64,000 nucleotides of DNA from Clostridia bacterium (GTDB lineage: Bacteria; Bacillota; Clostridia; TANB77; CAG-465), in contig JAZRUV010000039.1 of NCBI GenBank assembly GCA_045652705.1, positions 2,895-66,894 of the forward strand. The letters are read 5' to 3'. Positions 44,925-54,618 of this stretch are shown one piece after another; position 1 is the first letter of the stretch, and each line of letters opens with the position of its first letter. The notes below the pieces were generated by a model that was not told the origin of the DNA, made no database searches, and worked only from the letters and a program-made list of their open reading frames with translations. A program made the translations under genes and the position numbers.

Positions 44925-47402
44925 TTATTTATTCTCTTCAATTTTTAATTGGTCGTCATTTTCTTCATGAACAAGTTTAGCAACATTTACGACTCTACCG
45001 CCTTCTGAAGTTCTCATTAAAGTTACACCTTGAGTATTTCTACCAAGTACAGATATATCGCTTACGTTAATTCTAATAATTACGCCACTTGCAGTAACTA
45101 TCATAACATCGTCATCATCTGTAACAACTTTAACTCCTATAATATGTCCAGTTTTTTCAGTAGTTTTGTATGTTAATATTCCTTTACCTGCTCTGGATTG
45201 TGCGCGGTATTCTTCAACCTCAGTTCTCTTACCAAATCCGTTTTCTGTTATAGCTAAGATGTAGTTGTCCTTTTCAGATGTAATTGGTTCCATACCAACG
45301 ACATAATCGCCTTTGCCAAGAGTAATACCTTTAACACCCATTGAAGTTCTACCTACAGGTCTTGCTTCTTCTTCCTTGAATCTAATAGATAGACCAGAAT
45401 TTGTTACAAGGATTATATCACTGTTTCCGTCTGTGATTCTAACATCGATAATTTCATCATCATCTTTTAATGTTACAGCAAGAATACCAGTTTTTCTAAT
45501 ATTTGAATACTCAGAAAGAGGAGTCTTTTTAACAAGACCGTTCTTTGTAGCCATGAGAACATTTAACTTATCTTCAAAGTTCTTAACAGGTATAACGGCA
45601 GCAATCTTTTCACCTTGTGCAAGTTGAAGAAGGTTAACTATTGCCATTCCCTTAGCTACTCTTGATGCTTCTGGAAGATCATAAGCTTTAAGCTTAAATA
45701 CTCTACCAGTTGTTGTAAAGAATAGTATGTAGTCGTGAGTAGAAGATACGAATAGATGTTCAACAAAGTCATCCTCCCTCGTTGCCATACCAGTAACACC
45801 TTTGCCGCCACGTCTTTGAGATTTGTATGCGTCTACAGAAATTCTCTTAACGTAACCAAAGTGAGTTATTGTAACAACATTATCTTCTTGTTTTATTAAG
45901 CTTTCTATTTCAATATCACTTTCCCCGTGAACCACTTTAGTTCTTCTTTCATCACCATATGTGTTTTTAATTTCAGTTAATTCTTCTTTTATGATATTGA
46001 GAACTAGGGCTTCGCTTTCTAGAATTTCTCTTAAATGTTTAATAGTTTCAAGTAAAGCTTTGTATTCTGATTCAATCTTATCACGAGATAGACCTGTTAA
46101 AGTTCTAAGTCTCATATCTAGAATTGCTTGAGCTTGTATTTCAGAAAGACCAAATCTTTCCATTAATGTTGCTTTGGCAGAATTGTCATCTTTTGCAGAT
46201 TTAATTATCTTGATGATTTCATCAATATTGTCTATTGCAATTCTTAAACCTTCTAAAATATGAAGTCTAGCTTCAGCTTTCTTTAAGTCGTATTTAGTTC
46301 TTCTTACAATTATATCTTTTCTGTGTTCAATATAGTGGTAAAGAATTTCTTTTAATGTAAGAATCTTAGGTTCGCCGTTTACAAGGGCAAGTAGTATCAT
46401 AGATTGAGTTGTTTGAAGCTCAGAATGTTTGTATAAAAGATTTAGTACAACGTTTGGATTAGCATCTTTCTTAAGGTCTATAACAATTCTTACACCTTCT
46501 CTGTCTGAGTGGTCATGTACGTCTGAAATTCCTTCAATAACTTTATCATTAACAAGTTTTGCTATGTTAGCACACATTGCTGCTTTGTTAACTTTATAAG
46601 GTACTTCTGTAACTATTATGTGATATCTGCCTCTTTGGTCTTCTTCGATTTCACACTTGGCACGTAGACATACTTTACCACGACCAGTTGTATATGCATT
46701 TTTGAAGCCTTCGTGACCAACTATAATACCTGCAGTTGGGAAGTCAGGTCCTTTAATATATTCCATTAACTGTTCGTCAGTTATATCTGGGTTGTCTATC
46801 ATAGCGCAAGTTCCGTTTATAACTTCAGTTAAGTTGTGTGGTGGAATATTTGACGCCATACCAACTGCAATACCATAAGAACCATTGATTAAAAGGTTTG
46901 GTATCTTTGCAGGTAGTACTGTAGGCTCCATAAGTCTATCGTCATAGTTTGGTGAATAATCTACAGTTTCTTTGTCAATATCATCTAGCATTTCAACAGC
47001 CATTTTATATAATTTGGCCTCTGTATATCTCATTGCGGCTGGTGGGTCGTTATCTATTGAACCAAAGTTTCCATGTCCGTTAACTAACGGATAACGCAAA
47101 GAGAAATCTTGTGCAAGTCTTACTAGTGCATCATAAACTGCTGCATCACCGTGTGGGTGATAGTTACCTAAAACGTCACCAACAATACCGGCACATTTTC
47201 TATATGGTTTGTCTGGCCACAAAGCCAATTCGCTCATAACATACAATATTCTTCTGTGAACAGGTTTTAAACCATCACGAACATCTGGAAGCGCACGAGA
47301 AACTATAACACTCATGGCATAATCTATATATGAACGTCTCATTTCGTCCTCGATTTTAACAGGGACTATTTTTCCTTCGTCTAGCAAATTATTTTCTTCC
47401 AT
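44925..47402 (-). CDS. gyrA: DNA gyrase subunit A
   Basis: The active-site region '[10 protein letters not shown]', the QRDR-like '[14 protein letters not shown]' and the GyrA box 'QRRGGKG' are present. No gyrB is adjacent. Confidence 0.93.
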   Translation of the reverse strand: MEENNLLDEGKIVPVKIEDEMRRSYIDYAMSVIVSRALPDVRDGLKPVHRRILYVMSELALWPDKPYRKCAGIVGDVLGNYHPHGDAAVYDALVRLAQDFSLRYPLVNGHGNFGSIDNDPPAAMRYTEAKLYKMAVEMLDDIDKETVDYSPNYDDRLMEPTVLPAKIPNLLINGSYGIAVGMASNIPPHNLTEVINGTCAMIDNPDITDEQLMEYIKGPDFPTAGIIVGHEGFKNAYTTGRGKVCLRAKCEIEEDQRGRYHIIVTEVPYKVNKAAMCANIAKLVNDKVIEGISDVHDHSDREGVRIVIDLKKDANPNVVLNLLYKHSELQTTQSMILLALVNGEPKILTLKEILYHYIEHRKDIIVRRTKYDLKKAEARLHILEGLRIAIDNIDEIIKIIKSAKDDNSAKATLMERFGLSEIQAQAILDMRLRTLTGLSRDKIESEYKALLETIKHLREILESEALVLNIIKEELTEIKNTYGDERRTKVVHGESDIEIESLIKQEDNVVTITHFGYVKRISVDAYKSQRRGGKGVTGMATREDDFVEHLFVSSTHDYILFFTTTGRVFKLKAYDLPEASRVAKGMAIVNLLQLAQGEKIAAVIPVKNFEDKLNVLMATKNGLVKKTPLSEYSNIRKTGILAVTLKDDDEIIDVRITDGNSDIILVTNSGLSIRFKEEEARPVGRTSMGVKGITLGKGDYVVGMEPITSEKDNYILAITENGFGKRTEVEEYRAQSRAGKGILTYKTTEKTGHIIGVKVVTDDDDVMIVTASGVIIRINVSDISVLGRNTQGVTLMRTSEGGRVVNVAKLVHEENDDQLKIEENK

Positions 47403-47536
47403 AATACCCTCCTATTGCTAAGTGTATTATATACGAAAAATGTCATAATTGCAACTAAAAAGGGTTGAAAATGCTATAAATTATGATATAATAATTTTGC
47501 GCTAAACGTAGCATTAAATATTGAAAAGAGGTCGCT

Positions 47537-48481
47537 ATGAAACAAAAGGATTATTACCTATTACTTGGGGTAAATAAACGCTCAAGTAAGGAAGAAATAA
47601 AAGCTAATTACAGAAGATTGGCTAAAAAATATCATCCGGATGCAAATGTTGGAAGTCCTGAAGCAGAAGAGGTTTTTAAGGACTTAACGGTTGCTTATGA
47701 TATATTAATGGATAAAGAAAAAAAGAAAAAATATGACAGACAAGTTGCTCGTTATGGTTATGGTATACCACCAAAGGCTAGTGTAAAAAAAGACGTGAAA
47801 TACGGGGTTAAAAGTGCAGATGCAAAATCTGAACTCATTAATACACTTTTAGGTTTTGGTAAAGGGGCAAAAGAAATGTTTGAAACTGCTACAGCAGATA
47901 TAAAAGATAGAATAAATGCTAATAAGCAACCTAAAAAGGGTGGTAATATAGAAGCAGCACTAGAAATAACTTTAGAAGAAGGTTTCTTTGGTGCGGAAAA
48001 GAAATTGTCGCTTAAAACTATTGGGGGCAAAGTAAACAATTATACTGTTCAGGTTCCAAGAGGAATAAAAGATGGTGAAAAAATTCGTTTGGCCGCTCTT
48101 GGACAACCGGGAAAAAATGGTGGGAAAAATGGCGATTTAATTATTACGGTAAAAATGAAGGAACACTCAAGTCTGAAACTAGAAGGCTTAGACATACATA
48201 TGAATTTAGACATAACATACGCGCAAGCTGTAGTTGGAGACAAAATAAAAATTAAAGTTTTGGGTGAACAAGTTGAGGTAGATATTCCGACAGGTTCTAA
48301 GCAGCAAGACAAAATTAACATTACTGACAAAGGATATGCAAGTGCAGATAATGCTAGAGGAAACTTAGTTGTTCATCTTGGAATAAGGCAACCAGAGGAG
48401 ATAACAGAAAGAGAGAAAAAAATATATGAACAACTTTTAAGAGTTGAAAAACAACAAGTAAAAGAAAAACAAAAGGGCTAA
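47537..48481 (+). CDS. J-domain co-chaperone (CbpA/DnaJ-like, lacking the Cys-rich zinc finger)
   Basis: 'DYYLLLGVNKRSSKEEIKANYRRLAKKYHPD' and DnaJ C-terminal domains are present, with no CxxCxGxG repeats. Confidence 0.8.
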   Translation: MKQKDYYLLLGVNKRSSKEEIKANYRRLAKKYHPDANVGSPEAEEVFKDLTVAYDILMDKEKKKKYDRQVARYGYGIPPKASVKKDVKYGVKSADAKSELINTLLGFGKGAKEMFETATADIKDRINANKQPKKGGNIEAALEITLEEGFFGAEKKLSLKTIGGKVNNYTVQVPRGIKDGEKIRLAALGQPGKNGGKNGDLIITVKMKEHSSLKLEGLDIHMNLDITYAQAVVGDKIKIKVLGEQVEVDIPTGSKQQDKINITDKGYASADNARGNLVVHLGIRQPEEITEREKKIYEQLLRVEKQQVKEKQKG

Positions 48482-48528
48482 CAGTGAAGTGAAGTTAGCT
48501 CTTTTGCTTATATGTTATATAAAATATG

Positions 48529-49065
48529 CTATGCACAAGAATTGTTTTTTAAGTACTTTTTAAATAACACTTTTATTTTATTTAATATGCTTTCAAAAAC
48601 AAAAAACTTATCCTTTGATTTTTCTAGTGTAGGAAGTGCAGTGTTTTGCTCGAACCCATACCTTTGCATAATATTAGAAAAAGGGTCTGGCAATATATCA
48701 AGTTTAAATGGATAACTATTATTTAATTCATAATTCCCGTTATTATTTAAAAAACCAAAGTTTAGAGTGTGATACATATCCAAATCTATTGTTGCGCAAT
48801 AACAGTCGCCGGCGCACTTTGTACATTTATGCAGTTTAATAGTTTTTTTGTCATTTTCTAGATTGTCAAAATAATAGAACATACTAAATACCGTCGAATT
48901 ATCTTCTTCTTTGGCTGTAAGTATACCATGATATCTAATAACTATAGAATTTTTTTGATTTAAATTTCCAAAAATACTAAAAATGTTGTTTTCTATTGTC
49001 TTTTTTAATGCCCCTTTGTCATATCCTGTATTGCAAGCACATTCAAAATTAACAAATTCATTCAT
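48529..49065 (-). CDS. Hypothetical Cys-containing protein
   Basis: The ATG at 49065 is preceded by AGAGGTGA. The longer ORF to 49302 adds a low-complexity, implausible N-terminus. Confidence 0.4.
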   Translation of the reverse strand: MNEFVNFECACNTGYDKGALKKTIENNIFSIFGNLNQKNSIVIRYHGILTAKEEDNSTVFSMFYYFDNLENDKKTIKLHKCTKCAGDCYCATIDLDMYHTLNFGFLNNNGNYELNNSYPFKLDILPDPFSNIMQRYGFEQNTALPTLEKSKDKFFVFESILNKIKVLFKKYLKNNSCA

Positions 49066-49301
49066 AAAATCACCTCTTGAAACATTGTTTGACATCATTT
49101 TACAGCACATGAAAAGACGGTGCAACAATTGTATTAAAACTAGACAAAAGTATATAAAAGTTGTGTACTTTTGACAAAAAGACACAAAATATATAAAAAT
49201 GCGATAAAAATTATATAAATACAACATTAAAAATATTGCTAATATATTACGAATGTGATAATATATTGAATGTGAACATATGATGTTTTGGAGGTAGAAC
49301 A

Positions 49302-51140
49302 TTGGAAAACGAACAACAGATAAAAGAAAATGTAGAGAATAAAAGAGCAGGGAACATACAAGTGGAATCTAGAAAAAAAATAAATAAAGGACTAATTATA
49401 ACAGCTGTTGTATTAAGTGTAATTGCAATAGCTATGGTTGTTTTTGCTCTTGTTAATAAACTTAATACAAAAGTTTATTCAAATGTATATATAAATGACA
49501 TTAGTGTTGGTTCTATGACTGAAGAACAAGTAGTAGAAGTGGTTAAAAACTTAAACAAGCAATTTAAAGAGAAGGTTGTAACTGTAAAACACGAAGACGG
49601 CATTATAATGGAGCTTACACCAGACAGTATAGATATGACTATAGACGAGCAAGCTACTATTAAAAAAATAATGGAATACGGAAGAACAGAAAATATAGTT
49701 ATGAACAATGTTAAAATATTAAAAACTATATTTGGGAAAGCTATTATAAAGCCAGAATATATCCATTCTGAAGCAAAGTTAACAAATATTTCTGCGGAAA
49801 TAACTTCTGGTATTGAAGGAAGAGTGCAAGATGATTCATATAGATTGGACGAAGAAAACTATACTTTAGTAATAACTAAAGGCAAATCTGGGAAGGATAT
49901 AGTAGTAGAAGAATTTAAAGCAGACGTTTTAGCAGCATTAACAGATAAAAACATGACAGAATATAAACTAGAACTTGAAGTGAGAAAACCAAGCACGTTA
50001 GATGTAGATGTTGTTTATGCTAACATATGTAGGGAAGCAAAAGATGCTTATGTTGATGAAACTGTAAAACCTATAGTGTATCATAAACATGAAATGGGGA
50101 TATCTTTTAATAAGCAAGATTTAAAAGACATATTAGACAAAGTTGAAAATCAACAAGAAGGCAAAAAGATAAACTTTAAACTTATAACGACAGAGCCTAA
50201 AGTAAAAATTCAAGACATAACGAAGGATATATATAAAGATAAAATTGCATCTTATACATCATCTTATGAAAATTCTGATTCAAACAGGGCAAGTAATGTT
50301 GCACTAGGTGCTAAAATGTTAAATGGAACTATAGTAATGCCAGGAGAAACATTCTCGTTTAATAAAGTAATGGGAGATTGTGGGCTTAGTTCAAGAGGAT
50401 TTAAACCAGCTGCTGTATTTAAAGGTGGAAAAACTGTACAAGAAGTGGGTGGAGGAATATGCCAAATATCTTCAACATTATATGTGTCAGTGCTATATGC
50501 TAACTTAGCAATTGTGTCAAGAAGTAATCATGCTCTTCCAGTAGGATACGTACCAGTAAGTTTGGACGCCACAGTATATTATCCATATCTGGACTTTAAA
50601 TTTAAAAATACTAGAGAATACCCTATAAAAATAGTTGCAACAACTACTCCTTCAAGAAAATTAACAATTGCTATATATGGGACAAAAGAGGATAAAGAAT
50701 ATGATGTAGAACTAACATCTTGGGTTACATCAACTATTGCTTCTAAAGTACAAGAACAAAAAGATAGTAGTTTAGCTCAAGGCAAAACAAAAATAATACA
50801 AGCCGGAAAAGCAGGATATAAATCGGTTGCATATAAAACTGTAAAATATAATGGTAAGGTTATATCTAAAGTAATGTTATCACAAGATTCGTATGGCTCT
50901 ACTCCTAAGATAATAGCGGTAGGAACAAAAGTGGTTAGTAAACCAAATGGTGGCAAGGAAGAAAGCGTTACACCAGGCGGAAGTATACCGGGGGGCGTAA
51001 CTGGTGGAGAACAAACTGGAGAAGCAACAGGTGGCAATACTGGAGGTAACACATCCGGAGAGAATTCAGGTGGTGGAGATACAAATAGCCCAAATACACC
51101 AAACATAGATGTACCAACTGGAGAAACAACTACACCATAA
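49302..51140 (+). CDS. VanW-family protein with an N-terminal TM, a G5-like segment and a Gly/Thr-rich tail
   Basis: The TTG start lies 8 nt after GGAGG. 'PGETFSFNKVMG' and 'GGGICQISSTLY' are VanW motifs. The C-terminus is 'GGVTGGEQTGEATGGNTGGNTSGENSGGG'. Confidence 0.75.
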   Translation: MENEQQIKENVENKRAGNIQVESRKKINKGLIITAVVLSVIAIAMVVFALVNKLNTKVYSNVYINDISVGSMTEEQVVEVVKNLNKQFKEKVVTVKHEDGIIMELTPDSIDMTIDEQATIKKIMEYGRTENIVMNNVKILKTIFGKAIIKPEYIHSEAKLTNISAEITSGIEGRVQDDSYRLDEENYTLVITKGKSGKDIVVEEFKADVLAALTDKNMTEYKLELEVRKPSTLDVDVVYANICREAKDAYVDETVKPIVYHKHEMGISFNKQDLKDILDKVENQQEGKKINFKLITTEPKVKIQDITKDIYKDKIASYTSSYENSDSNRASNVALGAKMLNGTIVMPGETFSFNKVMGDCGLSSRGFKPAAVFKGGKTVQEVGGGICQISSTLYVSVLYANLAIVSRSNHALPVGYVPVSLDATVYYPYLDFKFKNTREYPIKIVATTTPSRKLTIAIYGTKEDKEYDVELTSWVTSTIASKVQEQKDSSLAQGKTKIIQAGKAGYKSVAYKTVKYNGKVISKVMLSQDSYGSTPKIIAVGTKVVSKPNGGKEESVTPGGSIPGGVTGGEQTGEATGGNTGGNTSGENSGGGDTNSPNTPNIDVPTGETTTP

Positions 51141-51158
51141 TAACGGTAGGAGAAAAAA

Positions 51159-52274
51159 GTGAAAAAAATTATAAAAACAATATCAATAATTGCAGTAATA
51201 TTTCTAATATGTTTAGTTTTTAAACTAGACATATTAGATTTTTCTGTTTTTAAGGTAGATGAACAGAAACTTACTAATTATTCAGGATACTATTTTAATC
51301 AATTAGAACAATCTGAAAAAGAGATATACGTGAAAATGGATGATGCTGTAAAAAATATGCGAGAGACCGTATGGCTAGGTACAGTAGAAACAGATGGCTT
51401 GGCAGACAAGATAAATAGGGTAATAACTGCATATTTTTACGATAATCCAGATAAATTTTATATATCTAATGAGTACGTTATATCTACTAGCGATTTGAGA
51501 TTTGTTAAATTGTCAACCTTGAAATTAAGTTATATAGTAAATAGTATGGAACAAGTAAAAGAAAAGACCCAAGAAATAGAAAATGAAATAGATAAAATTA
51601 TAAACGAAAATATTACACAAGATATGACGGAATTTGAAAAAGAATTAGCCTTACATGACGCTCTAGTTAAACAAGTGAGTTATTACGAATATGAAAACAT
51701 AAATGATATACCAGCTATTAAGCATACAGCTTATGGGGCGTTAGTGCAAAACGAGGCGGTTTGTGACGGGTATTCAAAAGCTTTTAAGTTGCTGTTAGAA
51801 AGAGTGGGTATAGAAAACATTATTATAAATGGAAGTTCGGATGGAGTAGCACATGCTTGGAACATTGTAAATATAGGTGGTGAGTACTATCATGTAGATG
51901 TCACATCGGATAAACTAAATGAACCAAAGAAATATCCAATACATGTATATTTTAATTTAAGTGATAAAGTAATATCTAAGACTCATGATATAGGTAAGGA
52001 CTATAATATATCAAAGTGTAATTCTGAAAAATATGAATATTATAATAAGAAAGATTATTATATTTCCGAACAAGACAATTTATATAATAAGCTGAAGGAA
52101 ATCGTAATAAAACAAAATAAATCAGAAATATTAGAAATAAAGGTAGATGAAAAATATACGGCTAGACATATTATAGATATGTTATACGAATTAGATTTTA
52201 ATAACTGGTATTCAAGTAGAAAGAGCAAAGTTGAATATACCAACATACAAGATAAATATATTTTTGTAAAATAG
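51159..52274 (+). CDS. Transglutaminase-like (papain-fold) domain protein, membrane-anchored
   Basis: The GTG start follows AGGAG. It has an N-terminal TM and the Cys-His-Asp triad context 'AVCDGYSKAF', 'VAHAWNIV' and 'YHVDVT'. Confidence 0.7.
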   Translation: MKKIIKTISIIAVIFLICLVFKLDILDFSVFKVDEQKLTNYSGYYFNQLEQSEKEIYVKMDDAVKNMRETVWLGTVETDGLADKINRVITAYFYDNPDKFYISNEYVISTSDLRFVKLSTLKLSYIVNSMEQVKEKTQEIENEIDKIINENITQDMTEFEKELALHDALVKQVSYYEYENINDIPAIKHTAYGALVQNEAVCDGYSKAFKLLLERVGIENIIINGSSDGVAHAWNIVNIGGEYYHVDVTSDKLNEPKKYPIHVYFNLSDKVISKTHDIGKDYNISKCNSEKYEYYNKKDYYISEQDNLYNKLKEIVIKQNKSEILEIKVDEKYTARHIIDMLYELDFNNWYSSRKSKVEYTNIQDKYIFVK

Positions 52275-52326
52275 AAAGCATAAATATGCTTTTCTTTTTT
52301 TTATACACAATTCATATAAATATATT

Positions 52327-52970
52327 ATGAACAGCGTAAATAATGAGTATTGGTCAGATAACAGACCGTATTATATATTGTATCAGGATAAGACTTTTTT
52401 AAAAGATATTTTTGCTCAAATTTTTTCAGAATTACCTGATGTTGGGGAAATAGCATATATAGGAGCAAGCACGCATAAATTGTCTAAAGACTATTCGTTA
52501 GACCGGCGAATTGATAAATGCGGTAGATAGAAAGAAAGGTAATAAGGAGTGCGAACTGGAACGAAACAATAGAACAGATACAAGAAGAAGAGGGAGAATA
52601 AGTATTTGTGATGTCAATGAAGAAAGTCAAATAAGGGAATATGCAAATATACATGAAATAAAAGAAATGAATAATATGTTGTTTTATAAACGATTAATTA
52701 AGTTGTTAGTTAATGAACAAGTAAGTGGAAAATGTAATAATTTGTGCTGTATAAAAGACAAGGTGCTAATGTATGATGAATACAAAGAATCGCAAGACGT
52801 TTTTATTAAAATGGGACGGGTGTTGTGTATGGTTAAAGCGAAATTTTATGGATACAACAGCTATAAATATAGCAAATGTCATGGGGACAGTAAATTTATT
52901 GGGTTATGTGTTGGAAGAAGCAACAGAAGTTTCACCTAGAGTGATAAAAGCGTTAGCGATATACACGTGA
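52327..52970 (+). pseudogene. Probable decayed gene (coding signal jumps across three frames), unknown family
   Basis: ORFs 52327-52530, 52511-52939 and 52773-52970 overlap end to end in different frames. Most lack an SD, and parts of each look protein-like while other parts look out of frame. Confidence 0.35.
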
Positions 52971-53024
52971 TTATTTACAATAATGTTCGTAAGTGATATA
53001 ATAATGGCACTAGGAGATGATACA

Positions 53025-54491
53025 ATGACACAAAAAGAACTTATTGAGCTATTAGATAGCAAAGTGGGTATTGTAAAAAGTAGTGTATATCGCGATAAAT
53101 ATGATACACCTATACAAGATATAACATATAATTCAAAAGCTTGTATAAAAGGTTCGGCGTTTTTTGTTAAAGGAGCTAATTTTAAAGAAGAGTATGTGAT
53201 AGACGCTGTGAATAATGGAGCGTGTTTAGTAATTGCAGAGAAAGAATATGAAACACAAGATGCAGGGCTTATCATAGTAAAAGATATAAGGAAGGCAATG
53301 GTTGTAGTAGCGGAAGATTTTTTTGAAAGAGCATATGAAAAAATTAAAATGATAGGTTTAACGGGAACTAAAGGAAAAACTACAACGGCAACATATATTC
53401 ATAATATACTTAACACATATTTAAAAAAGAGAACAGCACTTTTGTCTACTGTAGAAACTTATACAGGAACTAGATGTGAAGAGTCACACTTGTCTACCCC
53501 AGAAGCAATAGAGTTACAAAGATATATTAAAGAGGCTGAGACAAATGGGCTTCAGTATCTTACAATGGAAGTTTCATCTCAGGCATACAAAACAAACAGA
53601 ATATTAAATATGCAGTTTGATATAGGACTGTTTTTAAATATATCTGAAGACCATATAAGTCCATCGGAACATCCTAATTTTACAGATTATTTAAATTGTA
53701 AATTGGAATTTATAAAAAATTGTAAAACGGTTGTAGTAAACAGAGAAACAGATTATTATGAAGTAGTAAAAGATGCGACTAAAAATGCAGAAAAGGTAAT
53801 AATGTATGGTTCAGAGAAAGTTAAAGATGATGTAGATTATTATTTTACGAATATAAGGAAAGAGCATGACTATTTAACATTTGATGTTGCACATAATGCA
53901 CATACAGAGACATATAGAACAAAAATGTTTGGAGATTTTAATGTGCAAAATGCTACAGCAGCAATAATTATGGCAAAAGAGTTAAAAATACCAGTAGAAT
54001 TTATACAACAAGGCATCCAGGAAACAACAGTATCTGGTAGAATGAACGTATTTAAAAATAATAACAAAACTATAATTGTAGATTACGCACATAATAGACT
54101 TAGTTTTGAAAAGTTTTTTGAAGCAATAAAGAAAGATTATCCTAAAAGTGAAATTGTTGCCGTATTTGGTGCACCTGGTGGAAAGGCATATATACGCAGA
54201 AAAGATATGGCTGAAGTTGCAAGCAAATACTCAAATAAAATATATCTTACAGCAGATGACCCACAATTTGAAAATGTGAGAGACATATGTAATGAAATAG
54301 CTCAGTTTACAACTTGTGACTATGAAATAATAGAAGATAGAGTAACGGCTATAAGCAAAGCGTTCAATGAACTGAAATGTGGCGGAGTACTTTGTTTACT
54401 TGCTAAAGGTGAGGACAAGTATCAACAAGTAAGGGGCAAATTTGAAGAATATATTTCTGATGTGGGTATAGCTAAAAAATTAACAGAATGA
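53025..54491 (+). CDS. murE: UDP-N-acetylmuramoyl-L-alanyl-D-glutamate--diamino-acid ligase
   Basis: SD AGGAGA lies 7 nt upstream of the ATG at 53025, and the promoter TTTACA-17-TATAAT ends at 53001. 'GLTGTKGKTTTA' and MurE-like domain order are present. Confidence 0.85.
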   Translation: MTQKELIELLDSKVGIVKSSVYRDKYDTPIQDITYNSKACIKGSAFFVKGANFKEEYVIDAVNNGACLVIAEKEYETQDAGLIIVKDIRKAMVVVAEDFFERAYEKIKMIGLTGTKGKTTTATYIHNILNTYLKKRTALLSTVETYTGTRCEESHLSTPEAIELQRYIKEAETNGLQYLTMEVSSQAYKTNRILNMQFDIGLFLNISEDHISPSEHPNFTDYLNCKLEFIKNCKTVVVNRETDYYEVVKDATKNAEKVIMYGSEKVKDDVDYYFTNIRKEHDYLTFDVAHNAHTETYRTKMFGDFNVQNATAAIIMAKELKIPVEFIQQGIQETTVSGRMNVFKNNNKTIIVDYAHNRLSFEKFFEAIKKDYPKSEIVAVFGAPGGKAYIRRKDMAEVASKYSNKIYLTADDPQFENVRDICNEIAQFTTCDYEIIEDRVTAISKAFNELKCGGVLCLLAKGEDKYQQVRGKFEEYISDVGIAKKLTE

Positions 54492-54493
54492 CT

Positions 54494-54517
54494 AAAGCGA
54501 GTTTAACTCGCTTTTTG
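54494..54517 (+). terminator. murE terminator
   Basis: AAGCGAGTT / AACTCGCTT stem followed by TTTG. Confidence 0.65.
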
Positions 54518-54618
54518 CATGCAATAATATAAAATTAAAAGATAATACTTGACATAATTTGAAAGTTGAAGTAAAATATTTAATTGTGATTAAAAATTTA
54601 TGAAAGAAGGAAAATAAT

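Noticed and set aside
44925-47402. Could this lone subunit-A gene be parC rather than gyrA (no gyrB is adjacent)?
   Set aside because: The C-terminal domain contains the GyrA box 'QRRGGKG', which is diagnostic for GyrA rather than ParC. The gene is therefore kept as gyrA.
49066-49302. Long version (257 aa) of the minus-strand ORF 48529-49302
   Set aside because: The extra 79 residues are Phe/Ile/Tyr/Leu-rich translation of AT-rich promoter DNA that is shared with the divergent VanW gene. A good SD plus ATG is present at 49065.
52275-53024. T-box or riboswitch leader upstream of murE
   Set aside because: I could not find a T-box consensus (AANNNGGGTGGNACCGCG-like) or any riboswitch core I recognise. 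A separate promoter for murE sits at 52973-53001, so the upstream stretch is not needed as a leader.
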